From assembly GCA_050949315.1 (NCBI GenBank), contig JBMNFL010000001.1, positions 928,001 to 992,000 of the forward strand: DNA of 64,000 bases, written 5' to 3'. Below, piece after piece: positions 10,358 to 19,551 of the stretch. Source of the stretch: Bacilli bacterium (GTDB taxonomy: Bacteria; Bacillota_I; Bacilli_A; RFN20; UBA1709). A model generated the notes under the pieces. That model saw nothing but the letters and a program-made list of their open reading frames with translations, did not search any database and had not been told where the DNA came from. The translations under genes were made by a program, and so were the position numbers. The first letter of the stretch is position 1, and every line of letters begins with the position of its first letter.

Positions 10358-11695
10358 ATGGAACTAAAATTATTCAACAGTCTAAGTAACAAGTTAGAAG
10401 TTTTTAAACCCCTAGAAGAGGGGAAGGTTTCAATGTATGTCTGTGGACCGACTGTTTATAGTTATGCCCATATTGGCAATTTACGGCCGGTAGTTACTTT
10501 TGATATTCTTCGTCGTCTTTTAGAAGCCTTGGGTTATGAGGTTACTTACATTTCTAATATTACTGATATTGATGACAAAATTATCAATGCCGCTTTAGAA
10601 GAAAACGTTAGTGAAACGGTGATTAGTCAAAGATATGAAGAAAATTTCTTTGATTGCTGTGAGAAAATTCATGCTCGCAGGCCCACCCATGTACCGCATG
10701 CCACTTTAACGATACCTAGGATGATTGAATTCATTCAAAAACTCTTAGATAAAGGTTATGCCTATCAAGCTGATGGTGATGTTTATTTCCGAGTTAATAT
10801 GATTAAAGATTATGGAAAACTAAGCCATTTTCAGGTAGAAAATTTAAAAAGCGGGGCAAGGATTGAAGAAAATGTTAAAAAAGAAAACGCCCTTGATTTT
10901 GCCTTGTGGAAAAAGACTGAAACAGGAATTAAATTCCCCGCCCCCTTTGGTGAAGGTCGCCCTGGTTGGCATACCGAGTGTGTTGTGATGATCCAAGAGT
11001 ATTATCCCAATGGTCGCATTGATATTCATGGCGGGGGCTTTGATTTAAAATTCCCCCATCATGAGAACGAAATTGCCCAAGCCGAAGCTTGCTTTTCTCA
11101 TTCTATCGCGACTTATTGGTTACATAACGGCTTTATTAATGTTGACGATGTGAAAATGTCTAAATCTTTAGGTAATGTTTTACTTGCTAAGGACTTATTG
11201 GCAAATTATGGTGGCAACACCTTAAGAATGGCCATGATTTCCTCGCATTATCGTTCACCATTAAATATTAGTGAAGAGGTGCTAATAAGCGCCGCCACCG
11301 AAGTTAACAATATTTTAAATCCCTTAAAACAAGTGGATATTCAACTACAATTAAATAAAATCAAGGTGGATAATACGCTAAATGATGAAAATATAAAAAC
11401 GAATTTTCTATCGGCTTTATGCGATGATTTAAACACCGCCAATGGCTTAAGCGTTTTATTCCAAACAATTAAAGAACTCAATCAAATTTTGCGGCGACAG
11501 GATTATAATCGAGCCCTTGTTTTACGTAATAACATTTTAGAAATGTTAGATATTTTGGGTTTAGAATATAAGGCACCAATATTAAGTGCGAGTGATATTG
11601 AACTCTTTAAGCAGTGGAAGGCTTATCGTAAGGCCAAGGATTTTACCAAGGCTGATGAGCTTAGAACTGAACTTATCAAAAGAGGTCTTATGTAA
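10358..11695 (+). CDS. cysS: Cysteine--tRNA ligase
   Basis: CGPTVY, HIGN, GRPGWHTEC and KMSKSLGN motifs. Confidence 0.97.
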   Translation: MELKLFNSLSNKLEVFKPLEEGKVSMYVCGPTVYSYAHIGNLRPVVTFDILRRLLEALGYEVTYISNITDIDDKIINAALEENVSETVISQRYEENFFDCCEKIHARRPTHVPHATLTIPRMIEFIQKLLDKGYAYQADGDVYFRVNMIKDYGKLSHFQVENLKSGARIEENVKKENALDFALWKKTETGIKFPAPFGEGRPGWHTECVVMIQEYYPNGRIDIHGGGFDLKFPHHENEIAQAEACFSHSIATYWLHNGFINVDDVKMSKSLGNVLLAKDLLANYGGNTLRMAMISSHYRSPLNISEEVLISAATEVNNILNPLKQVDIQLQLNKIKVDNTLNDENIKTNFLSALCDDLNTANGLSVLFQTIKELNQILRRQDYNRALVLRNNILEMLDILGLEYKAPILSASDIELFKQWKAYRKAKDFTKADELRTELIKRGLM

Positions 11696-12418
11696 ATGAC
11701 GCAGTATATTTACGGAAAAAATGCCGTTTTAGCCCGAATTGAAAAACAGGAAGCTATTGAAGAACTTTATGTTTATGAAGGCATGAAGGATCAGCGCTTT
11801 TTAGCACGGCTTTCTGCTCTGAAATTTAAGAAAGTATCGCGCCAACAACTAGAGCAACTCTGTGGCAATCCTAATCATCAGGGCGTGGTGGCTAAAATTC
11901 AGGAGTATAAGTATGCTCCTTTAGAAGAAGTCATCGCTTTAGCTAACACTCAAGAATACCCCTTACTAGTTATGCTAGATGGCATTGAGGATCCGCATAA
12001 TCTAGGAGCGATTTTAAGAACTTGTGAGGCCATTGGGGTTAAGGGAGTTATTGTGCATAAATACCACAGCGCCCCATTATCCTCAACGGTAGCTAAAGTC
12101 TCAACTGGGGCCATTGAATATGTAAAAGTTGCTCAGGTGGCTAATTTGACCACCACGTTAAAGCGTTTAAAAAAAGAAGGCTATTGGGTGGTTGGGGCCG
12201 AAGCTAGTGGCCCATTAGATTATCGAGCCGTTGATTACAAAACCAAAATTGTTTTAGTTATCGGCAGTGAAGGTTATGGTATTGCGCCTTTAGTCTTTAA
12301 ACAATGTGATTTTAAAGTTCATTTACCAATGGAAGGAAAGATTAACTCTCTTAACGCTTCTAATGCGACGGCAATTTTACTTTATGCCATCCATTCAAAT
12401 CGTTATCCCATCAAATAA
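11696..12418 (+). CDS. rlmB: 23S rRNA Gm2251 2'-O-methyltransferase (TrmH/SpoU family)
   Basis: NHQGVVA, DPHNLGAILRT, IGSEG and SLNAS motifs; conserved position after cysS. Confidence 0.92.
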   Translation: MTQYIYGKNAVLARIEKQEAIEELYVYEGMKDQRFLARLSALKFKKVSRQQLEQLCGNPNHQGVVAKIQEYKYAPLEEVIALANTQEYPLLVMLDGIEDPHNLGAILRTCEAIGVKGVIVHKYHSAPLSSTVAKVSTGAIEYVKVAQVANLTTTLKRLKKEGYWVVGAEASGPLDYRAVDYKTKIVLVIGSEGYGIAPLVFKQCDFKVHLPMEGKINSLNASNATAILLYAIHSNRYPIK

Positions 12419-12429
12419 ATAAAAAGGGG

Positions 12430-13011
12430 GTGAAACCTTTGACGATGTTAGTTCCTGATGATGAACTCATCGAACAAATAAGGTTTAAAAATGATTTGGC
12501 ATTGGATTTGTTGTTGACTAGGTATGAAGGTTTTATAAATAGTTGGGTTGAAAAAATTTTTCTTAAGAAGAAAGATCATTTAGAACGTGAAGATATGTTA
12601 CAGATTGCGCGCATCACACTTTGGGATTGTCTTAATTGTTATCAGGCAAATAAAGGCAATTTTTACGCCTATTCAAAACGCTGCGTTCGCAATGCTTTAG
12701 TAGCCCATTATCAAAATTATTTACAACAGACATCTTTTATTTCTTTGGATGATGACAAGACCCGTTTTTTAGCGGAAACTAGCCTAAAATTTACTTTAGA
12801 TAATCAGCCAAAAAATCAAGAAACTAAAGAGTTGCTCGCTAAATTATTAACAAACAAAAAAATGGGGTCAATAGAAAGAGAAATATTGAAATATCGCCTG
12901 TTGGGTTATAGTTATAAAGATATCGCACAAATTTTGGGAATAACTGTTAAAAAAGTTGATAATCTTTTGGTAAAGATTAAGAAATTGGCGCGTTATCCTA
13001 AAGTAAAATAA
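12430..13011 (+). CDS. Sigma-70 family alternative sigma factor (SigH-like)
   Basis: Region 2 (EDMLQIARITLWDC) and region 4 HTH (GYSYKDIAQILGITVKKVDN); occupies the conserved sigH position. Confidence 0.8.
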   Translation: MKPLTMLVPDDELIEQIRFKNDLALDLLLTRYEGFINSWVEKIFLKKKDHLEREDMLQIARITLWDCLNCYQANKGNFYAYSKRCVRNALVAHYQNYLQQTSFISLDDDKTRFLAETSLKFTLDNQPKNQETKELLAKLLTNKKMGSIEREILKYRLLGYSYKDIAQILGITVKKVDNLLVKIKKLARYPKVK

Positions 13012-13017
13012 GTTGTC

Positions 13018-13048
13018 TTGTCTTATATTTATAAAAGTGTTAAATTAT
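13018..13048 (+). promoter_or_regulatory. Putative promoter of the spt-SDR operon
   Basis: TTGTCT followed by TGTTAAATT, then GGAGG RBS; weak match in AT-rich DNA. Confidence 0.4.
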
Positions 13049-13075
13049 ATTTAACTTAAAGATGGAGGACTTTTT

Positions 13076-14266
13076 ATGGATATATTTGCTAAATGCCGTG
13101 TTCCAGAAGCCGTTCACGATACTAAGAAAGCGGGAATTTATCCTTATTTTCACTATTTGAGTTCTAAGCAAGACACTGAAGTCATTATGGAAGGTAGAAA
13201 AACCATAATGATTGGTTCTAATAATTATCTGGGTTTGACTTCCGATCCTCGCGTTATTGAAGCGGGCATGAAGGCTTTAGAAAAATATGGCACTGGTTGT
13301 TCGGGAAGTCGTTTTCTGAACGGCACTTTAGATATTCATTTAGACTTAGAACAAGCCTTAGCTAAATTCCTTCGTAAGGAAGATGTGGTAACTTTTTCAA
13401 CGGGCTTCCAATCAAATTTAGGTATTATCAGTGCGGTAGTCGGTTTTAATGATTACATTGTTTGTGATAAAGAAAATCATGCGAGTATTTATGATGGTGC
13501 GAAGTTAAGTTACGGTAGGCTTGTTCGTTATGAACATGGCGATATGGAAGATTTAGAAGCCAAGTTGGCAGGTTTAGACTTAGAAAGATTTGGGGCGATA
13601 ATTATCACGGATGGCGTTTTTAGCATGAGTGGTGATATCGCTAAGTTGCCTGATATTTGTCGCTTAGCTAAAAAATATGGCGCCCGAGTTATGGTTGATG
13701 ATGCCCATGGTCTTGGGGTGTTAGGAAAAGGAGGCCGGGGCACGGCTGAACATTTTGGCCTTGAAGAAGAAGTCGATATTATTATGGGGACTTTTTCTAA
13801 ATCGCTCGCTAGTCTTGGTGGCTATATGGCGGCTAGCAAAGAACTCTGTGATTATGTCCGTCACACCTCTCGTCCTTTTATCTTTAGTGCTAGTATAACT
13901 CCGGTTTCTGTAGCTTGTGCTCGTGAGGCCTTAAGAATTATTGAGGCTGAGCCAGAAAGAGTAAAGAGACTTTTAGATCTCAGCCAATATATGCGCGATG
14001 GTTTACGTAAAGTTGGTGTTCCTATTATTGAGGCGGAAACACCGATTGTCCCTATTTATGTTTACGATGATTTAAAGGCTTTTGAGGCTTGTAAATTGCT
14101 TTTAGAGCGTGGGGTTTATGTCAACCCTGTCGTTTCGCCAGCTACACCAGTAGGTATGGCCTTACTAAGGACCAGTTATACAGCGACTCATACCTATGAG
14201 CAATTAGACTATGCCATTAAACAAATTAAAGAAGTTCTCGTTATTTTAGGTGTTATTAATGACTAA
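13076..14266 (+). CDS. spt: PLP-dependent alpha-oxoamine synthase, most like serine palmitoyltransferase
   Basis: GIYPYF, GSNNYLGL, GTGCSGSRFLNGT, NHASIYDG, DDAHGLG, GTFSKS (PLP Lys), RPFIFSAS and RTSYTATH; pattern matches Bacteroidota SPT as I recall it better than BioF or Kbl. Confidence 0.75.
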   Translation: MDIFAKCRVPEAVHDTKKAGIYPYFHYLSSKQDTEVIMEGRKTIMIGSNNYLGLTSDPRVIEAGMKALEKYGTGCSGSRFLNGTLDIHLDLEQALAKFLRKEDVVTFSTGFQSNLGIISAVVGFNDYIVCDKENHASIYDGAKLSYGRLVRYEHGDMEDLEAKLAGLDLERFGAIIITDGVFSMSGDIAKLPDICRLAKKYGARVMVDDAHGLGVLGKGGRGTAEHFGLEEEVDIIMGTFSKSLASLGGYMAASKELCDYVRHTSRPFIFSASITPVSVACAREALRIIEAEPERVKRLLDLSQYMRDGLRKVGVPIIEAETPIVPIYVYDDLKAFEACKLLLERGVYVNPVVSPATPVGMALLRTSYTATHTYEQLDYAIKQIKEVLVILGVIND

Positions 14267-15044
14267 AGTAGTCGTAATCACAGGGGCCACCTCAGGTATT
14301 GGTGAGGCCACGGCCCTTTTCTTAAAAGATAAAGGTTACTGCGTCTATTCTTTGGCTAGACGAGTTAAAGATATCGAGGGTATCAACTATTTAAGCTGCG
14401 ATGTTACTGATAAAGAAGCCATCGCTAAGGCATTAGCAACCATTTATCAAAAAGAGGGCTCTATTTTTGCCTTGATTAATAATGCCGGTATTGGTATTGG
14501 TGGTGCTTTTGAAACGACCGATGAAGAAGAGGTTAGAAAAATTCTAGCCGTCAATCTTGAGGGGCCTTTAAATGCCAGTCAACTAGTTATCCCCTATCTT
14601 AAAAAAAGTCAGGGAAGAATTATCAATATTGGGAGTATCGCTGGTGAAATTCCCATTCCTTTTCAAACACATTACTCCTTAACAAAAGCTGGGCTTGCAA
14701 TGTTTAGTCAAACGCTAGCCTTGGAATTAAAACCATTAGGCATTAAAGTTTCCTGTGTTTTACCAGGCGATACCAAAACCTCTTTTACTAACAATCGGGT
14801 CAAACAGATGGCTAGCGAAGATTATGGGGAAAGAATAAGTCGATCTTTAAAACGGATGGAGAAAGATGAAAAAAATGGAGTCGAGCCAATAAAGGTAAGT
14901 AAAGTAATTTATAAATGTCTAACGAAGAAAAATCCTCCAGTTAAGGTGGCCGTGGGCTTTGGTTATAAATGTATTTGTCTATTAAATCGCTTATTGCCTA
15001 CTAGATTTGTTAATTGGGTTGTATATCGTTTATATGCTAAATAA
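14259..15044 (+). CDS. Short-chain dehydrogenase/reductase, putative 3-ketodihydrosphingosine reductase
   Basis: TGATSGIG, NNAGIGIGG, YSLTK catalytic motif, PGDTKTSFT; ATG at 14259 overlaps the spt stop by 8 nt. Confidence 0.7.
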   Translation: MTKVVVITGATSGIGEATALFLKDKGYCVYSLARRVKDIEGINYLSCDVTDKEAIAKALATIYQKEGSIFALINNAGIGIGGAFETTDEEEVRKILAVNLEGPLNASQLVIPYLKKSQGRIINIGSIAGEIPIPFQTHYSLTKAGLAMFSQTLALELKPLGIKVSCVLPGDTKTSFTNNRVKQMASEDYGERISRSLKRMEKDEKNGVEPIKVSKVIYKCLTKKNPPVKVAVGFGYKCICLLNRLLPTRFVNWVVYRLYAK

Positions 15045-15097
15045 GAAGCTATGCTTCTTTGCTAAATTTTAATATCTAGTTAAGCGTGCTAGATATA

Positions 15098-15127
15098 TTG
15101 ACAAAAAGCTCAATTTCATGGTAATAT
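15098..15127 (+). promoter_or_regulatory. Sigma-A promoter of rpmG-secE-nusG
   Basis: TTGACA-18 nt-TAATAT with extended TG. Confidence 0.6.
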
Positions 15128-15149
15128 TAATCAGCGAGGTGGTCTTGTC

Positions 15150-15299
15150 ATGCGCGAAAAAGTGATTTTGGTTTGTAGTCAATGTCTCTCGCGGAATTAT
15201 CGGGCGACACGCCAAAAATATGACAAGCAAAACCGTCTAGAAGTTATGAAGTTTTGTAAAAAGTGTAATGCTCACACTTTGCATAAAGAAAGCAAATAG
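15150..15299 (+). CDS. rpmG: 50S ribosomal protein L33 (zinc-binding form)
   Basis: Not in track; read manually as [49 protein letters not shown]. Confidence 0.95.
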   Translation: MREKVILVCSQCLSRNYRATRQKYDKQNRLEVMKFCKKCNAHTLHKESK

Positions 15300-15310
15300 G
15301 AGAAAGAAAG

Positions 15311-15496
15311 ATGCGCAGATTTAAAAAGTATTTAATTGGTGTTTGGGATGAGGGGCATCGGGTGCGTTGGGCCAAAGGCGCTGAGTTTAAGGCCGACATT
15401 GCCACCGTTTTTGGCTACTCTATTTTCTTTTCTCTTTTCCTTTTATTAGCGGATGCTTTGGTTATTAGACTTTTACAAATCTTAAAGTTTAAATAA
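15311..15496 (+). CDS. secE: Preprotein translocase subunit SecE
   Basis: E..RVRW motif plus a single TM; lies between rpmG and nusG. Confidence 0.88.
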   Translation: MRRFKKYLIGVWDEGHRVRWAKGAEFKADIATVFGYSIFFSLFLLLADALVIRLLQILKFK

Positions 15497-15504
15497 GGAG
15501 TTCG

Positions 15505-16062
15505 ATGATGGAAGAACTATACAGTGAAAAACAATGGTATGTAGTTAACAGTTATTCCGGTCACGAGAATAAGGTAAAAAACAATTTGGAAAGACGTATT
15601 GAAAGCATGAATATGCAAGAGTATATCTTTCAAGTCTTGGTGGCTGAAGAAGAGGTACCTGTGATGCGGGAAGGTATGCCGACAGGTAAGATGAGAATTA
15701 AGAATATCTATCCAGGCTATGTCTTTGTCGAGATGATTATGACTGATCAAGCTTGGTTTGTTGTACGGAATACCCCTGGGGTTACGGGCTTTGTGGGCAG
15801 TAGTGGTGGGGGAACTAAACCCATACCAGTCCCCAAAGAACAGATTGATACAGTTCTGAAGAAAGTAGGAATTGTCAATAAAGATATGTATGCTGATTAC
15901 CTAGTTGGTACGGAAGTTCGGGTATTAAGAGGACCTTTAGCTGGTAGCACGGGCGTTATTGTCAGTGTCGATGCTGAAAAAGACCTGGTGTCAGTAAACG
16001 CAACCATGTTCGGTCGAGTTACCAATGTTGAATTGGACTTTGCTGATATTGAAAAAATCTAG
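15505..16062 (+). CDS. nusG: Transcription elongation factor NusG
   Basis: WYVVNSYSGHENKVK, YPGYVFVEM and VRNTPGVTGFVG motifs, KOW domain; start may be 15508. Confidence 0.96.
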   Translation: MMEELYSEKQWYVVNSYSGHENKVKNNLERRIESMNMQEYIFQVLVAEEEVPVMREGMPTGKMRIKNIYPGYVFVEMIMTDQAWFVVRNTPGVTGFVGSSGGGTKPIPVPKEQIDTVLKKVGIVNKDMYADYLVGTEVRVLRGPLAGSTGVIVSVDAEKDLVSVNATMFGRVTNVELDFADIEKI

Positions 16063-16083
16063 TCCAGCCTAGATATTTGGATC

Positions 16084-16121
16084 GACATTCATAGTGCACG
16101 TGCTATGGATGTCTTTTCTTT
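16084..16121 (+). terminator. Rho-independent terminator after nusG
   Basis: GACATTCATAG/CTATGGATGTC hairpin followed by TTTTCTTTT. Confidence 0.7.
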
Positions 16122-16194
16122 TGTTTTTACGCGCATAAAAGACTTTAAATTTTAAAATCCACATGTATAATAGAATAAGGAAGGGAGTTGTCAG

Positions 16195-17127
16195 ATGTTT
16201 TTAGATATTAGTTCTTATATTCAAAATGAAACTGCGATGTGGGTTTTGATTGGCGTATTGGCTTTGGTTTTATTGATCTGTGTCATTAAGTGTACGGCTG
16301 ATGGCATAGTCAAATGTCTTTTCAATCTGGCTTATTTTGCCCTTTTTATTGTCATGATTGCCTTTTTAGGGCCACTGGTGGCTTCTTGGTTAAAGCCTAT
16401 TGGTTTTTGGGAGAATCTTTTATCAATCAATGCAAGTCTAGAATCGGCTCTGAGTTTTATTGATGCCGACCTAGCTTATTTTATTTGTGCTATTTTAATT
16501 ATTTTAGTGGCCTTCATGATAATCGTCTTTATTTTAAATCGTGTTTTCCGGAAGGTTAAAAATATTAAAAACAAACAAAGTCGTTTTGTCGGCTTCATCT
16601 ATGGCTTTTTCATTTTCTTTATTTTATCGGCGGCTTTTTTGGAACTTTTCACTTCGCCTTTTTTGGTAAAAGGTGGCAAACAGTTAGTTGATAAAGCCTC
16701 ATATCTTAAACTTTATCATAATCATGTAACTGAACCGGTTTTTGAAATTTTTGATAAAGAAGGTGTTCCTTTTAGCGTTGATGGGGCCTTTGTTGCTGGT
16801 TATAGCGGAGCCAAGGACAATAAGAAAGTATATTTAGAGGCATTTAAGCAATATGAAACTTATATGCTGAATTCTAACGAATATGTAAAGACCTTAAAAG
16901 ATGGTAGTAATTATAATGAAGAAAAAGTTAATAACGCGGCCTTAAATTATTGCCGAGTTGTTGATGTTGCCACTTGTTCCACTTCTTTTGGTTATGCTAA
17001 ACTGAAGGACACCCTAAAAAATTCGGCCAATGATTGGTATGCTAAAATACCTAAGGAATTATTAAGTGGCGAAACTAAAACCCAATTAGAACAAGCTTTT
17101 AATCGTTTAGGGGTTTCTTTAGAGTAA
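16195..17127 (+). CDS. Hypothetical membrane protein (CvpA-like N-terminal 4-TM region plus soluble C-terminal domain)
   Basis: Four hydrophobic segments with DGIVKCL and SRFVGFIYG resembling CvpA; own TGTATAAT -10 and GGGAG RBS. Confidence 0.6.
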   Translation: MFLDISSYIQNETAMWVLIGVLALVLLICVIKCTADGIVKCLFNLAYFALFIVMIAFLGPLVASWLKPIGFWENLLSINASLESALSFIDADLAYFICAILIILVAFMIIVFILNRVFRKVKNIKNKQSRFVGFIYGFFIFFILSAAFLELFTSPFLVKGGKQLVDKASYLKLYHNHVTEPVFEIFDKEGVPFSVDGAFVAGYSGAKDNKKVYLEAFKQYETYMLNSNEYVKTLKDGSNYNEEKVNNAALNYCRVVDVATCSTSFGYAKLKDTLKNSANDWYAKIPKELLSGETKTQLEQAFNRLGVSLE

Positions 17128-17216
17128 GAAATAAGTAGACAAATTCGGGAAAAGGACTTGCAATATTAGTCTAATATAGTATAATTCCATATGCGTCGCT
17201 AGAGGCACGCACCTGC

Positions 17217-17244
17217 GTGGGAGGGTTTGATTCGCCCGTTACCA
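17217..17244 (+). promoter_or_regulatory. L1-binding autoregulatory leader of rplK-rplA
   Basis: GTGGGAGGG...CCCGTTACCAC, the Firmicutes rplK leader pattern; TTGCAA...TATAAT promoter at 17158-17185. Confidence 0.65.
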
Positions 17245-17277
17245 CTGCACGGACAAACAAGTTAGGAGGTATGTTCC

Positions 17278-17691
17278 GTGAGTAAAAGAGTCGCAAAAGT
17301 TGTTAAACTGGAGATCTTGGGAGGACAGGCTAAGCCGGGTTCGGCTTTGGCATCCGCTGGGATTAATATGCCAAAATTTTGCTCGGCATTTAATGACCAA
17401 ACCAAAGATCGAATGGGGGAGGTTGTCCCTGTTATCATCACAGCTTATGAAGATAAGTCCTGTGATTTTGTAATTAAAACAACCCCAGCTGCCGTTTTAT
17501 TGAAAAAAGCGGCCGGTATTAAAACGGCTTCTGGCCAGCCCAATACTGTCAAGGTTGGCAGTGTCACCAAAGAACAAGTTAGAAAAATCGCCGAGTACAA
17601 AATGCCTGATTTAAATGCCAATGATATTGAGTCTGCTATCAAAATCATCGAAGGCACTGCCCGCAACATGGGAATTGAGGTCAAAGAATAG
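17278..17691 (+). CDS. rplK: 50S ribosomal protein L11
   Basis: [14 protein letters not shown] and EGTARNMG motifs. Confidence 0.97.
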   Translation: MSKRVAKVVKLEILGGQAKPGSALASAGINMPKFCSAFNDQTKDRMGEVVPVIITAYEDKSCDFVIKTTPAAVLLKKAAGIKTASGQPNTVKVGSVTKEQVRKIAEYKMPDLNANDIESAIKIIEGTARNMGIEVKE

Positions 17692-17693
17692 TT

Positions 17694-18380
17694 ATGGCTA
17701 AGCAAGGAAAGAAATATCGCGAGGCTTTAGCGAAGATTGATCCTAAGAAAGTTTATACTATCAGTGAAGCAGTGGCAGCAGTTAAAGAGGCAAAATACAG
17801 TAAATTTGATGAAACCATTTGTGTTTCCTTCCGTTTAGGTCTTGACCCTAAGCAAGCGGATCAGCAAATTAGAGGAGCCATGGTTTTACCTAATGGAACA
17901 GGCAAAGATAAGATAGTTCTAGCTATTACCCAAAATGAAGCCGTGGCTAAAGAAGCCGGTGCTGATTTTGTTGGTGGCAAAGAGTTGTTAGCCAAAATCA
18001 AAAATGAAAACTGGTTTGGCTTTGATGTTATCGTGGCAACCCCAGATATGATGGGTGAGCTTGGTAAAATGGGTAAAATTTTAGGCCCTAAGGGTCTAAT
18101 GCCCAACCCTAAAACTGGAACAGTTTCCACAGATATCGCTAAGGCGATTAGCGAGCAAAAAGCGGGTAAGGTCAATTATCGTTTAGATCGGGAAGCCAAT
18201 ATGCATGTAATTTGTGGACGGACGGGTTTTGAAGATCAAAAATTAGCCGAAAACATTAAAGCAGTTTGTCAACAGATCATACGTGTTAAACCAGCAGCCT
18301 GCAAAGGCACTTATATTAAGACCTGCGTCTTATCATCAACAATGGGGCCAGCCGTAAGGATGAACCCAGAATCAGAGTAA
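17694..18380 (+). CDS. rplA: 50S ribosomal protein L1
   Basis: LGPKGLMPNPKTGTV and SSTMGP motifs. Confidence 0.97.
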   Translation: MAKQGKKYREALAKIDPKKVYTISEAVAAVKEAKYSKFDETICVSFRLGLDPKQADQQIRGAMVLPNGTGKDKIVLAITQNEAVAKEAGADFVGGKELLAKIKNENWFGFDVIVATPDMMGELGKMGKILGPKGLMPNPKTGTVSTDIAKAISEQKAGKVNYRLDREANMHVICGRTGFEDQKLAENIKAVCQQIIRVKPAACKGTYIKTCVLSSTMGPAVRMNPESE

Positions 18381-18424
18381 ACTTGAATCTTTAAGTTGAC
18401 TCTGCTAGAATTAGTTAGTCATCA

Positions 18425-18535
18425 ATATACCAAAGACAGTAACGGCCGTTTAGGCTTAATCAGGTTACCGAGGTGTGCAAGATGCGTATTTCATTTATGC
18501 GCTTAAACCCACACATCTCATGTGGGTTTTTAATT
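18425..18535 (+). promoter_or_regulatory. L10 leader (rplJ-rplL attenuator)
   Basis: CCAAAGACAGTAAC...TTAA...GTTACCGAGG core followed by AAACCCACA/TGTGGGTTTTT terminator. Confidence 0.75.
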
Positions 18536-18587
18536 AAAAGGTATATTGTTGCCTATAGATTATTGCAACAAGGAGGTGCAAAAAAGA

Positions 18588-19088
18588 ATGAACAAAGCGA
18601 TTGTTGCCGAAAAGGAAGCGACGATTCAAGAGATTGTTGAAGCCATAAAGGCTGCTAAGTCAGTCTCGATTGTCGAATATCGTGGCTTGACAGTAAACAA
18701 ACTCGAGGGATTGCGTCGCGATTTGCGCAAGGAGGAATGTGAACTAAAAGTTTACAAAAACACCCTTGTTCATAAAGCGGCCGATCAATTGGGTTATGAA
18801 GCTCTTAAAATTCACCTTGTCGGACCTAACGCCTTTGTCTTCTCTAGGAAAGACGAAGTCAGCGCGCCCAAAATTCTAGCCAAATTTGCTAGGCGCAATG
18901 AGAAATTAGTTTTAAAAGGTGGCATCATTGATGGCAAAGTTATTGATGCCAATGAATTAAAAGTCGTCTCAACCTTACCAAACAAGGAAGGAATGTTATC
19001 CATGTTGCTCAGTTGCTTAACCGCCCCAATTCGCGGTTTTGCCTGTGCTGTTAAAGCCATTGCTGACAAAATGGAAACCCAAAATTAA
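18588..19088 (+). CDS. rplJ: 50S ribosomal protein L10
   Basis: EYRGLTV and VYKNTL motifs; ATG 18588 follows AAGGAGG. Confidence 0.96.
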   Translation: MNKAIVAEKEATIQEIVEAIKAAKSVSIVEYRGLTVNKLEGLRRDLRKEECELKVYKNTLVHKAADQLGYEALKIHLVGPNAFVFSRKDEVSAPKILAKFARRNEKLVLKGGIIDGKVIDANELKVVSTLPNKEGMLSMLLSCLTAPIRGFACAVKAIADKMETQN

Positions 19089-19109
19089 TTAAAGAGGAGG
19101 AAAATTATT

Positions 19110-19487
19110 ATGGCAAAAATTGCAAATGCTGACATCATTGCCAGCCTAAAAGAAATGTCAATCTTAGAATTAAATGAATTAGTTAAAGCTATTGAAGAAG
19201 AATTCGGTGTTACAGCGGCAGCTCCCGTGGCGGTCGCAGCAGCAGCGCCTGCTGAGGAAGCCGTGGCTACTGGTCCTAGTGAGGTTGCTGTTTGGTTAAA
19301 CAATGTTGGGCAAACCAAAGTTGCCGTTATCAAGGTTGTTCAATCAGTTACCGGTTTAGGTTTATTGGATGCTAAGAAATTAGTTGACAAAGCTCCCTGC
19401 GCTATTAAAGAAAAAATTGCGCCAACCGAGGCTGATGAAATCAAGGCCAAACTTATTGATGCCGGCGCTGAAGTTGAGATTAAGTAA
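19110..19487 (+). CDS. rplL: 50S ribosomal protein L7/L12
   Basis: [12 protein letters not shown] and [12 protein letters not shown] motifs. Confidence 0.97.
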   Translation: MAKIANADIIASLKEMSILELNELVKAIEEEFGVTAAAPVAVAAAAPAEEAVATGPSEVAVWLNNVGQTKVAVIKVVQSVTGLGLLDAKKLVDKAPCAIKEKIAPTEADEIKAKLIDAGAEVEIK

Positions 19488-19496
19488 TTAAAAAAG

Positions 19497-19533
19497 TAGA
19501 AACCCGCGCCTTTTAATCAAGCGGGTTTTTTAC
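19497..19533 (+). terminator. Terminator after rplL
   Basis: AAACCCGC/GCGGGTTT hairpin followed by a T run. Confidence 0.7.
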
Positions 19534-19551
19534 TGATTTTAGGAGCAGGTT

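Noticed and set aside
13076-14266. Annotation as bioF or kbl
   Set aside because: No bio genes or tdh nearby, the Kbl SVRFICGT motif is absent, and the gene is coupled to an SDR; SPT is preferred but the alternatives are not excluded without a phylogeny
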